A stretch of DNA of 64,000 bases. It comes from Victivallales bacterium (lineage in GTDB: Bacteria; Verrucomicrobiota; Lentisphaeria; Victivallales; GWF2-38-69). This document shows positions 39,226 to 49,805 of this stretch, one piece after another (the stretch's first letter is position 1; each line of letters starts with the position of its first letter). Made by a program: the position numbers and the translations under genes. The notes below the pieces were generated by a model. The model had not been told where the DNA came from and made no database searches. It saw only the letters and a list, made by a program, of their open reading frames with translations. The stretch lies in NCBI GenBank assembly GCA_965228125.1, contig OZ245791.1, positions 483,894-547,893 of the forward strand, written 5' to 3'.

Positions 39226-41025
39226 TCAGACAAGATTGTTCATTATGTAATCTCTTCTTTCCGTAGTATTTTCACCCATATAGAATTCTAAAATACCCGG
39301 AACATCTCTCATGTAGTCAACGTTCACATTAATAAGTCTGATATCCTTGCCAATAAACTGGCCGAATTCAGACGGAGAAATTTCTCCCAAGCCTTTGAAC
39401 CTGGTTACCTCAATTCCTTTTTTGCCTAACCTGTCAACAGCCCTATTCATCTCTTCTTCATCATAACAGTATATTGTCTCTTTTTTATTCCTTACCCTGA
39501 AAAGAGGGGTTTCCAGAATATATAGATGGCCTGATAAAACAAGCTGTTCAAAATAAGTAAGGAAAAATGTAATCAGAAGATTTCTTATATGCAGTCCGTC
39601 AACATCAGAATCCGTAGCTATAACCACCTTCTCATATCTCAAATTTTCTATATCTTCTTCCACATTAAGAGCCTGCATTATGTAGTAAAATTCTTCATTC
39701 TTGTAAACATTATCAAAACTCTGATTAAAACAGTTAAGAGGTTTACCCCTCAACGAAAAAATGGCCTGGGAAAACACATCGCGGCAGCTAACCATGGATC
39801 CGGCCGCAGACTGCCCTTCTGTCAAGAACAACATAGACTCCTTGCCTTTAGGGTTTTTGTCGTATAAGTGATATTTGCAATCCTTGAGTTTTGGAATCTT
39901 TAAAGCCATTTTCTTGGCTTTTTCCTTGGATTCCTTCTTAACTGCCTGAATGTCTTTGCGCACCTTCTCATTCAGCATCACTTTTTCGAGAATGAGTTCG
40001 GACTCCTTTGTGTTTTTATGCAAAAAATCAACCACTGCCTGTTTGACAGATGCGACTATCCAGCCTTTTATATCAGCATTGCCTAATTTGTTCTTTGTTT
40101 GGGATTCAAAAATAGGCTCTTTCAACTTTACAGCTATAGCCCCTACTATACCATCTCTAACATCTGACCCTTGAAAGCTTTTCCCTGAAAACTCATTTAT
40201 TCCTTTTAAAATCCCCTCTTTGAAAGCCGAAAGATGCGTCCCTCCGTCATTTGTGTATTGCCCATTAACAAAAGAGTAGTGAGTTTCACCGTAGTTCGGA
40301 GTATGACAGAAAGCAAATTCCAGATTCTGTTCCCTGTAGTAAAAAACATCGTACATTTTTTCATCGCCTACTTCGCTGTCTATCAAATCCTTAAGGCCAT
40401 TCTTGGAAAAGAATTTCTCTTCGTTGAAATATAGCATAAGACCACTGTTCAAGTAGGCGTACATCCAGAGACGTTTCTTGATATAATCAGGGTCGAAAGA
40501 ATATTTATGAAACATTGCCTGAGAGGGAATAAATGTCACTTTGGTGCCATCTTTATCCTCACTGTTCCCTTCATGAGATTCAAGAAGGACTCCTTCTGAA
40601 AATTTAGCAGTAAAAAACTTTCCTTTTCTTACGGAAGTTACTTCAAACACCTCAGAAAGAGAATTGACGGCTTTAGTTCCTACGCCGTTGAGCCCGACTG
40701 AAAATTGAAAAACATCATCGTTGAACTTTCCACCTGTGTTTATAACCGAGACACACTCGATAACTTTTCCCAGCGGAATACCTCTGCCATAGTCGCGAAT
40801 TGATATCTTGTTATCGGACAACTCAATATCTATCCTTTTTCCGGCACCCATGATAAATTCATCTACGCTGTTATCTATGACTTCCTTAAAAAGGATGTAA
40901 ATTCCGTCATCAGGGTGAGAACCATTACCCATCCTTCCGATATACATACCAGGCCTGGCCCTGATATGTTCAAGGGAGCTTAGGGTTTTGATTTTGTCTT
41001 CTGTGTAATTGTGTTCCTGCGTCAT
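39226..41025 (-). CDS. parE: DNA topoisomerase IV subunit B
   Basis: EHIRARPGMYIG, EVIDNSVDE, GLNGVG, TEGQSA, LRGKPLN, ATDSDVDG, RFKGLGE; start moved to ATG 41025. Confidence 0.9.
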   Translation of the reverse strand: MTQEHNYTEDKIKTLSSLEHIRARPGMYIGRMGNGSHPDDGIYILFKEVIDNSVDEFIMGAGKRIDIELSDNKISIRDYGRGIPLGKVIECVSVINTGGKFNDDVFQFSVGLNGVGTKAVNSLSEVFEVTSVRKGKFFTAKFSEGVLLESHEGNSEDKDGTKVTFIPSQAMFHKYSFDPDYIKKRLWMYAYLNSGLMLYFNEEKFFSKNGLKDLIDSEVGDEKMYDVFYYREQNLEFAFCHTPNYGETHYSFVNGQYTNDGGTHLSAFKEGILKGINEFSGKSFQGSDVRDGIVGAIAVKLKEPIFESQTKNKLGNADIKGWIVASVKQAVVDFLHKNTKESELILEKVMLNEKVRKDIQAVKKESKEKAKKMALKIPKLKDCKYHLYDKNPKGKESMLFLTEGQSAAGSMVSCRDVFSQAIFSLRGKPLNCFNQSFDNVYKNEEFYYIMQALNVEEDIENLRYEKVVIATDSDVDGLHIRNLLITFFLTYFEQLVLSGHLYILETPLFRVRNKKETIYCYDEEEMNRAVDRLGKKGIEVTRFKGLGEISPSEFGQFIGKDIRLINVNVDYMRDVPGILEFYMGENTTERRDYIMNNLV

Positions 41026-41199
41026 AAATATTGAAGTGTCACGCGTAGCCGCATCCGAATATGGTTTGGTTTCTGTTTCTATCTGAATAAGAATATAACA
41101 TATTTGACCAATATATTTAAGTCGCAAGCTAAAAAAGGGAAATAAGAAAAAAATAGCTGTCTGTAAGAAATTAGACTTTTTGATTTAGAGTTCTATTCC

Positions 41200-42663
41200 C
41201 TAAAAAACCGTAGTACTACATTTTTCGTCAGAAATGTCGTATTCAATATATAATGAGCAGTTATTCCCCTTAAATATTGTTGCTGATATTTCAGAATATA
41301 TGGGCCTGATTTCTCCATCCGGTTTTATGATGCGATATTTCATCACTGAATGTTTCATGTCAAAATCCAGCAAGGTTTTGCTGTCCTTTATGTCACTGAA
41401 TAATTTTATGTCTTCATTGTAAACACAGTTATTTATCCAGAATTGATATCCGCCCTTCATGATTTCTTCTTTATTCCTTCCATATATTTTCTCACAGGCT
41501 TCATTTACATACATAAATGTCATAGTATCGATATTCATTATTGATATTCCTGCCTTGGCAATATCCATGTATATTTTCAATAAGTCCCGTATTTCTTCAT
41601 TATTTTTCTGTTCGGTAATGTCATACTCAATACCGAATGCAAGGTTATCTTTCTGATATTCAATTTGCCTAACCCATCTTTCTTCTTTATCTGATGCTCT
41701 TATTATTTTGTAATCAATCTGTTTTGGGTATTTATCAATCTTTTCAAAATCATCAAGTTTTTTTTCAAAGTCCGGGTGATAATATTTTTTATTGATAAAT
41801 GGATCTTTATAGAATTCAGATGCTTTGATCCCTGTAATCCTTTCTACTGCCGGATTAAGATATATTTTTTCTTCTCCTACAGAATCCAACGCCCTGAACC
41901 ATATTCCTTCATTGAGATTATTGACTATATATTCTAACTTTTTCCTCTTTTCTTCATGCTTCTTTCTTTGAGTAATATCAATAAATGTCCCTACAATTCC
42001 CATTACTTTCGAATTCGCATCCAGAATAGGGAATTTTGATATTAATCCCCATCTTTTCTTCCTTGTTCCCGGAATATAATTTTCTTTGTTAATTATGGGT
42101 TTTCCTGTCAACAGAACTTGTTTGTCTTCTTCGCTATTTTCTTTTGCCTCTATATGCGTAAAGAAATCCATATCTGTTTTTCCGGAAAATGATAGTTGAG
42201 AAGAGGCGGAAAACATATTAATAAAAAATTCATTTGCCGATATAAATTTCAGATCCAGATCTTTAACATAAAACATAGCATTAACCGAATTCAACATAAC
42301 ATTGATAACAGCGGAATTCTGTTGATACTGTTTTTGAAGACTGGCCATGGTTTTATTAATAATTTCAAATGCACAGTTCAAATTGCCTTGCTCGACGTGC
42401 TCATTATTTATGCCTTCAAAATACTGATCTAACCGATTGCTAGACAAATGCCTGTTATCGCTTAAATCAGATATCAGAGATACCGGCATGCCTATAATTT
42501 TTGCCAGTTCCCTTATAATATTTCCTGTGGGAACAGCTCTGTCATTTTCCCAGTTCCAATAAGCTTTTCTGCTTATATTAAGTTTTTTCACTATGTAATT
42601 TACAGATATCCCATTCTTTTTCCTTACATCTTTAAGCTTCTCGCCAAACAATCGCATATCCAA
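41200..42663 (-). CDS. XRE-family HTH protein with three PAS domains
   Basis: FGEKLK.VRK..GIS...ISRKAYWNWE; PAS/PAC motifs YVKDLDLKFISAN..GKTD.D..DITQRK, LNPAVERITG..DITEQK, YVNEACEKIYG..YRIIKPDG..DIS. Confidence 0.82.
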   Translation of the reverse strand: MDMRLFGEKLKDVRKKNGISVNYIVKKLNISRKAYWNWENDRAVPTGNIIRELAKIIGMPVSLISDLSDNRHLSSNRLDQYFEGINNEHVEQGNLNCAFEIINKTMASLQKQYQQNSAVINVMLNSVNAMFYVKDLDLKFISANEFFINMFSASSQLSFSGKTDMDFFTHIEAKENSEEDKQVLLTGKPIINKENYIPGTRKKRWGLISKFPILDANSKVMGIVGTFIDITQRKKHEEKRKKLEYIVNNLNEGIWFRALDSVGEEKIYLNPAVERITGIKASEFYKDPFINKKYYHPDFEKKLDDFEKIDKYPKQIDYKIIRASDKEERWVRQIEYQKDNLAFGIEYDITEQKNNEEIRDLLKIYMDIAKAGISIMNIDTMTFMYVNEACEKIYGRNKEEIMKGGYQFWINNCVYNEDIKLFSDIKDSKTLLDFDMKHSVMKYRIIKPDGEIRPIYSEISATIFKGNNCSLYIEYDISDEKCSTTVF

Positions 42664-42695
42664 TTCTCTTTAATCATTGCTAATATTTTACACAA

Positions 42696-42711
42696 TACCT
42701 ATTGATAGGTA
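42696..42711. promoter_or_regulatory. Palindrome TACCTAT-tg-ATAGGTA; candidate operator of the XRE-PAS protein
   Basis: Perfect 7-bp arms about 30 nt upstream of the XRE gene; another ATAGGTA half-site at 42727. Confidence 0.4.
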
Positions 42712-43027
42712 ATATACTCTCTGTATATAGGTATAATAAGTTTATTATTAAAAACAAACATAGTTTTTACAATAAACATTATTAAAATTAAACTTGTTTG
42801 TAGGAATCTCGTTTTTAGATTTTCGGATAATAAGGATTTCTTTACAATTTTATCAGTTGAGAACAAAAACATTCTGCTTTTAATAGCTCGAAATTGATCT
42901 TGTTCCACTAGAATATCATATATCCGTTCACTCTAATAATTATACAAAATATTGTTCATTAACATAATATCATATATTTAATTACGGCTATTTTATAAAA
43001 AACAACAAAGCAAACAAGGAGAAAACC

Positions 43028-44497
43028 ATGTCAATGGAGCAAGCCAAACAGAAAGCTGATATTTTGCTTGGAAAAGCTAGAGAATCAGCAGCTATTTTTA
43101 GCCAGTTATCTCAAGAACACACGGACAGAATAGTTAATGCTGTATTTGAAGCAGCTTTCAAGAACCGTGTCAGGCTAGCTAAAATGGCAGAAAAAGAAAC
43201 AGGTTTAGGTAAATGGGAAGATAAAGTAATTAAGAATGTAGCCGGATCGCTACTCGTATACGAAGATATAAAGAATGTAAAGACTGTAGGTGTTATTTCA
43301 GATGATAAAGAGACTGGCATTATGGAAGTCGCTCAACCCATAGGGCCTATCCTTGCTATTATACCAACGACTAACCCTACTTCCACTGTGATTTTTAAAA
43401 CGCTTATAGCGCTTAAAAGCCGTAATCCAATAATTATAAGCCCTCACCAGAAGGCAGTTGGCTGCTGTGTTGAGACAGCTAAAATTTGTTACGAAGCCGC
43501 ACTAAAAGAAGATGCACCAGAAAATTGTATACAATGGACGAGAGAAGAACCTATAGATTTTGCAACATTTGACATCAATGAGTATTATGCAGAAACTCAG
43601 GCTCTAATGTGTCACCCGAAATTGGCCGTAATAGTAGCTACAGGGGGTGGCGGAGTAGTAAAAGCTGCCTATACCTCCGGAACTCCAGCTTATGGAGTTG
43701 GTTCAGGAAATGTTCCTGTTCTTATAGATAAATCGGCTGATATTCCTTTTGCCGTTTCTAATATCATAATATCAAAAACTTTCGATAACGGAACAATCTG
43801 TGCAAGCGAACAAGCGGTAGTTGTTGAGAAAACTATTGCAGATAAAGTTATAAAGGAATTTAAGACTCAAGGCGGTTATGTCCTATCTAAGGAAGAAGTA
43901 ATAAAGGTAGAAAAAATAGCTTTTGATAAAAAGCGCGGAATTATGGCTGCAGATGTAGTAGGACAGTCTGTGGAAAAAATAGCCAAGCTAGCCGGCATTA
44001 CAATTCCTAGCGGAACAAAAGTACTTCTAGCCCCTCTCACAGGCGTAGGTCCTGACTACCCCATATCTTCTGAAATTCTATGCCCTTTACTTGCATTTTA
44101 CACTGCTGAGGACTTTAACAATGCGATTAAAATTTGCATAGATTTGAACTTTCACGGAGGAATGGGACATTCAGCTAGCGTCTACTCTAACGATGAAAAT
44201 GTAATAAGAGAATTTGCTACAGAAATGAATGCAGGTAGAATTCTTGTAAATACTCCCTCTTCTCAAGGCGCTGTAGGTGGAATTTATAATAAGTTGCATA
44301 CATCACTTACTCTAGGATGTGGCACTACAGGCAAGAATATTACTACGGACAATGTAACTGTTACCCATCTTTTAAATATTCAGAGAGTAGCAAGAAGAAG
44401 GGCCAATGAAAGGCTGAATAATTTCGACGCGAGGTTATTCTATGATGAAAGCCTAAGCAATGAAGAAATTCTCAAACGTTATAATATAAACTACTAA
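43028..44497 (+). CDS. Stand-alone CoA-acylating aldehyde dehydrogenase (AdhE N-domain/EutE-like)
   Basis: IPTTNPTST, ATGGGGVVKAAY, GVGSGNVP, SKTFDNGTICASEQ, SLTLGCG; no ADH domain. Confidence 0.9.
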   Translation: MSMEQAKQKADILLGKARESAAIFSQLSQEHTDRIVNAVFEAAFKNRVRLAKMAEKETGLGKWEDKVIKNVAGSLLVYEDIKNVKTVGVISDDKETGIMEVAQPIGPILAIIPTTNPTSTVIFKTLIALKSRNPIIISPHQKAVGCCVETAKICYEAALKEDAPENCIQWTREEPIDFATFDINEYYAETQALMCHPKLAVIVATGGGGVVKAAYTSGTPAYGVGSGNVPVLIDKSADIPFAVSNIIISKTFDNGTICASEQAVVVEKTIADKVIKEFKTQGGYVLSKEEVIKVEKIAFDKKRGIMAADVVGQSVEKIAKLAGITIPSGTKVLLAPLTGVGPDYPISSEILCPLLAFYTAEDFNNAIKICIDLNFHGGMGHSASVYSNDENVIREFATEMNAGRILVNTPSSQGAVGGIYNKLHTSLTLGCGTTGKNITTDNVTVTHLLNIQRVARRRANERLNNFDARLFYDESLSNEEILKRYNINY

Positions 44498-44522
44498 AAT
44501 TGTTAATATTTCAGGAGGTTTT

Positions 44523-44819
44523 ATGTCTCTAAAATGCTCAAAATATGCAGGAGGAAAAGTCGAGTGTAAATTTTCGGAAAGGATGGACACTACACAATGC
44601 ATTAATGTCGAACAACAGTTAATGGAAAACATAAAAGGGGCAGAAGTGATTATTTTTGATCTTGATGGAGTAGAATATATCGCTTCTTCTTTCCTTCGTT
44701 TGTGTAGTAAAGCTTCACATATTGTTCGTTCAGAAAATTTTTCAGTCATTAATGTCACACCTCCAGTGAAAAAAGTCTTTAAAATTGCAGGTCTGGCTGA
44801 AGCTCTTAATCTAAGTTAA
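44523..44819 (+). CDS. STAS-domain anti-sigma factor antagonist
   Basis: RMDT, FDLDGVEYIASSFLR, VKKVFKIAGL; AGGAGG RBS. Confidence 0.88.
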   Translation: MSLKCSKYAGGKVECKFSERMDTTQCINVEQQLMENIKGAEVIIFDLDGVEYIASSFLRLCSKASHIVRSENFSVINVTPPVKKVFKIAGLAEALNLS

Positions 44820-44890
44820 TTATTTCAAAGAGTTTAAAATAACGTTGGCTTAACAATTATTTCATTCTAAAAACAAAAGGAAAGGGTTAA

Positions 44891-45958
<1,068 letters not shown>

Positions 45959-45982
45959 ACTTAAATAACTTTACATACAAAT

Positions 45983-46007
45983 ATGGCAGGGCAACCTGCC
46001 ATTTTTT
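45983..46007 (+). terminator. Rho-independent terminator after gap
   Basis: ATGGCAGG-gcaa-CCTGCCAT followed by a T run. Confidence 0.88.
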
Positions 46008-46105
46008 CTTGCCAAAGAATTGATGATATTTTGCTAAAAAGAAAGAGGTAAGCAAGACGAATCCATAAGGATGTGAGATTGGCTGTTATGTGCCAAATCG
46101 ATTCA

Positions 46106-46534
46106 TCATATAATTTCCCATTCCTCTATATCCCCGCTAACAATTTCAAATATCGGATTAACATCGAAAGCCTTCAGTATCAGTAACTCTTCATGTCTTT
46201 GGCTATTGCGCGTTTTCAACTTTTTAAGCAGATGTTCAGCTTCGAAGTTTACTTGCCCTTGAGTCACAGTTAATCTTGTCTCTTTAAAATTCCAATCAAT
46301 TTTATTTTTGTTGAAGTTGTAGCCCCTGTTCGCCGCGTCGTAGTAAACAAAACTAAGGTATTGATTAACTGCATGGAGTGGATTTTCGGACTTTCTAAAT
46401 CTTTTCAACTGAGGATGGCACAGATATCCTTTAGTTTTTCCTTCTAAAACTTTTTTGGCTAAAAGGGTTTCACGCCAAAGAGCCAAAATACCTTTGGAAT
46501 CAAGGTATTTAGGATGTATAGACCAAATTCTCAT
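46106..46534 (-). CDS. Pyrimidine dimer DNA glycosylase/endonuclease V family protein
   Basis: MRIWSIHPKYLD.KG..ALWRE.LLA.KVL.GKTKGY..HPQL.RF, RGYNF. Confidence 0.82.
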   Translation of the reverse strand: MRIWSIHPKYLDSKGILALWRETLLAKKVLEGKTKGYLCHPQLKRFRKSENPLHAVNQYLSFVYYDAANRGYNFNKNKIDWNFKETRLTVTQGQVNFEAEHLLKKLKTRNSQRHEELLILKAFDVNPIFEIVSGDIEEWEII

Positions 46535-46591
46535 TTACTGCGATGAAAGTGTTTATGACATCAATCGGCTGAAGCCAAAATAGTTGAAATG

Positions 46592-47098
46592 CTATTTTAC
46601 CTTTTCAAAACGGCCCTTTTCTACATTTTTAACAACTGTGTCAGCTTCAAAAACTTTACCGCTCATAACAATGTACACTCCAGGAGGAAGACATTGAACT
46701 GCTGCTAGAGCCCCACCGACATTGAATTCAGCATCGCTTCCTTTAAACATCGCCGGTGTCATGGAACCCGTAAAAACTACAGTCTTTGAAAGTTTAGAAC
46801 TCAACAGTTCTTTCTTTACTCTTTTGGCGGTTTTTACCATAGTGTCTGTGCCGTGAGTGATAACAATCTTTTTGGCTTTTTCCTCGGCCACTTTTTTAGC
46901 AACAATTTTTCTGTCTGCGTCAGTCATATCCAAACTGTCTTTGTGCAAAATGGAATCCACTTCATATTTCAGAGTAACACCAGCTTGAGTCAGAATACTA
47001 GTAATAGTTGGTTTCCCGACCTGATAAAGGCTTTTATCGTCAAAATAGACTTTATCAATGGTTCCGCCTACGGCAATAATCTTTACTTTCCCGCCCAT
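46592..47098 (-). CDS. Short-chain L-asparaginase (N-terminal domain only)
   Basis: GGTIDK, DSLDM, ITHGTDTM, VFTGSM.P, SDAEFNVG; 168 aa. Confidence 0.88.
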   Translation of the reverse strand: MGGKVKIIAVGGTIDKVYFDDKSLYQVGKPTITSILTQAGVTLKYEVDSILHKDSLDMTDADRKIVAKKVAEEKAKKIVITHGTDTMVKTAKRVKKELLSSKLSKTVVFTGSMTPAMFKGSDAEFNVGGALAAVQCLPPGVYIVMSGKVFEADTVVKNVEKGRFEKVK

Positions 47099-47111
47099 TT
47101 TTTACCTCAGT

Positions 47112-49553
47112 TTATTTAACTTTAATTCCCCAAATTTCTTTAGCATATTCAGCTATAGTCCTGTCGCTTGAAAAATATCCCATATTAGCTACATTCATAA
47201 TGGATTTTTTAGACCACTGCAAGTTATCTCTATATACTTTATCTATATTGTCCTGACAGTCTAGGTAGCTTTCAAAGTCTGCCAAGAGCATATAGTGGTC
47301 GCCTTCATTTAGCAACAGGCCATAGATCGGCTTAAATCTATCATGATCGTCTGGAGAGAAATAGCCGTTACCGATGGCATTGAGGATATCTTTTATCTGG
47401 CTATTCCAAAGATAATAGTCATAAGGATTATAACCGGATTCTTTAAGTTTGGCTACTTCATCAGCATTCATGCCGAATATGAAGATATTGTCATCCCCTA
47501 CAGCGTCCTTTATTTCAATATTTGCTCCGTCCAAAGTGCCAATTGTCAGAGTGCCGTTAAGAGCAAACTTCATGTTCCCTGTACCGGAAGCCTCTGTCCC
47601 TGCAGTAGAAATCTGCTGAGAAAGTTCGCTTGCCGGAAATATTCTCTCAGCTAGAGAAACCCTGTAATTGGGCAGAAAATAGAGTTTCAAATAGTCTTTT
47701 GTTTGTGGATCTTCATTGATAACTTTTGATACATCGTTTATGAGCTTAATAATAAGTTTAGCAGTTGCATAACCAGGAGCGGCTTTCCCACCGATAAATA
47801 CTGTTCTCGGAACAACATTTTTCGGTATTGACCCTTTGAGTTGAAAATATCTATGAATTACACTTAATACATTGAGGAGCTGCCTTTTGTACTCATGCAT
47901 TCTCTTTACCTGTACATCAAACATGCTTGAGGGATCAATGACAAGCCCATGTTCCTTACCGAGATAATTCGAAAATGCTACCTTATTATTTTTTTTGATT
48001 TCAGCCCACTTCAAACAAAAACTCTTATCCTTTGCATATTTTTCCAAATTCTTGAGCTCGTCAAGATTTTTAATCCATTTATCACCGATGGTGTCGGTTA
48101 TTAAATTCGATAAAGCAGGGTTGGCCTGCTTCAACCAACGTCTCTGAGTAATACCATTGGTTTTGTTGTTAAATTTCTCGGGGTACAACCCATAGAAATC
48201 GGACAGCAAGGTTTCCTGCAAAAGTTTTGTATGAAGCTTAGCTACTCCATTTACAGAGTGTGAACCAACAATTGCAAGGTATGCCATTCTAAGTTTCTTT
48301 TCATCCCCTTCCTCCACTATGGACATAGCTCTTTTCTTGTCATTGTCGTTGGGGTAGGCTTTTTCTACCTCTTCCAAGAATCTCGCATTTATCTCGTAAA
48401 TAATATCAAGAAGCCTAGGGAGAAGCATTTCGAAAAGACTAACTTTCCATTTTTCTAGAGCTTCAGGCATAAGGGTATGATTCGTATACGCAAATGTGTT
48501 GGTTACTATCTGCCAGGCATAACCCCATTCCAAACCATGAACATCCACAAACAACCTCATTAGCTCGGCAATAGCTATAGACGGGTGCGTGTCATTCAAT
48601 TGTATTGCTACTTTTGATGAAAATTCATCAAAAGTTTTATGTTCCTTAAGATAATCTTTAATAATAGTTTGCAGTGAAGCCGAAACAAAGAAGTACTGTT
48701 GCTTCAGCCTAAGCTCTTTCCCAGAGGAATTGTTATCATTGGGATACAACACCTTGGTAATAGTTTCGTCAAGCGCCTTGCCTTGAATAGCTTTCTCGTA
48801 GTCACCATTATTGAAATAATCAAGATTGAAATCATCGCTCGATTTAGCAGACCATAGAACCAAACTATTTACAGTGTCTGTCTTGTAACCAGGAACATAT
48901 ACATCATACGGAATAGCTATAACTTCTTCGGCATCAACCCATTCAACTGACAATTTACCATTTTTATCCGTAGATTGCTTGGATTTACCATAGAATTTCA
49001 CTCTGACCGAATCTTCTATCCTCTGAACTTCCCATGGATTGTTTTTGAAAAGCCAGTTATCCGGTTTCTCTACCTGATACCCATCAACTATATCCTGATT
49101 AAACATGCCGTATTCATACCTTATGCCAAATCCATATCCTGGAATATCCATAGTGGCCATTGAATCTAAGAAACACGCAGCTAACCTTCCTAAACCTCCG
49201 TTGCCCAAGCCTGCATCATATTCCTGTTCGTAAACATCTTCCAAATCTATGCTTATTCTTCTAAGCGCATCCCTTGTCACTCCTTCCATATCAGAGTTAT
49301 CAACAGCATTACGCAGAAATCTCCCCATCAGAAATTCCAACGACAAATAGTAAACTTTCTTTATATCCTGGGATTCGTATTTCTTCTGAGTTTCTACCCA
49401 TTTCTCAGAAAGGATCGCCTTTTGAGAAAAAGCAATCATGCGATATTTGTCATAATCAGTAGTGCTGGAAAGCCTCTTTCCAATAACATGCTGAAGAATA
49501 TTTTCGCAAAATAAGTCGAATTCCCGTTTATCTGTCAGTTTTTTTGAAAGCAT
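47112..49553 (-). CDS. glgP: Glycogen/alpha-glucan phosphorylase
   Basis: LGNGGLGRLAACF, LRLKQQYF, QLNDTHP, KRMHEYKRQ, EASGTGNMK (PLP Lys). Confidence 0.97.
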   Translation of the reverse strand: MLSKKLTDKREFDLFCENILQHVIGKRLSSTTDYDKYRMIAFSQKAILSEKWVETQKKYESQDIKKVYYLSLEFLMGRFLRNAVDNSDMEGVTRDALRRISIDLEDVYEQEYDAGLGNGGLGRLAACFLDSMATMDIPGYGFGIRYEYGMFNQDIVDGYQVEKPDNWLFKNNPWEVQRIEDSVRVKFYGKSKQSTDKNGKLSVEWVDAEEVIAIPYDVYVPGYKTDTVNSLVLWSAKSSDDFNLDYFNNGDYEKAIQGKALDETITKVLYPNDNNSSGKELRLKQQYFFVSASLQTIIKDYLKEHKTFDEFSSKVAIQLNDTHPSIAIAELMRLFVDVHGLEWGYAWQIVTNTFAYTNHTLMPEALEKWKVSLFEMLLPRLLDIIYEINARFLEEVEKAYPNDNDKKRAMSIVEEGDEKKLRMAYLAIVGSHSVNGVAKLHTKLLQETLLSDFYGLYPEKFNNKTNGITQRRWLKQANPALSNLITDTIGDKWIKNLDELKNLEKYAKDKSFCLKWAEIKKNNKVAFSNYLGKEHGLVIDPSSMFDVQVKRMHEYKRQLLNVLSVIHRYFQLKGSIPKNVVPRTVFIGGKAAPGYATAKLIIKLINDVSKVINEDPQTKDYLKLYFLPNYRVSLAERIFPASELSQQISTAGTEASGTGNMKFALNGTLTIGTLDGANIEIKDAVGDDNIFIFGMNADEVAKLKESGYNPYDYYLWNSQIKDILNAIGNGYFSPDDHDRFKPIYGLLLNEGDHYMLLADFESYLDCQDNIDKVYRDNLQWSKKSIMNVANMGYFSSDRTIAEYAKEIWGIKVK

Positions 49554-49805
49554 GGCTCACCTCACTTATTGTTATTATATTGTTTACTTTAAAACACAAT
49601 CATTCTAGCACATGACTTTTGGGTATGCAACAAAAACAGGCCCTTTTATCTTTAATGAAAGTAACAGGAAATACATCGCTGTTACTCATTCATTTGGCAA
49701 AATACCTTAAAATAAGGCAAAGTCAATTCTGTTTTTATTTGAGCAATCAGGCTATAATGGTTTCTTGCACCTAATTTAAGTAAAAACGAAAGACTATTGT
49801 TATTA

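Noticed and set aside
42699-42970. 69-aa ORF and a possible Rex box before the ALDH gene
   Set aside because: Very AT-rich promoter DNA; the match to TTGTGAA-N4-TTCACAA is too weak.
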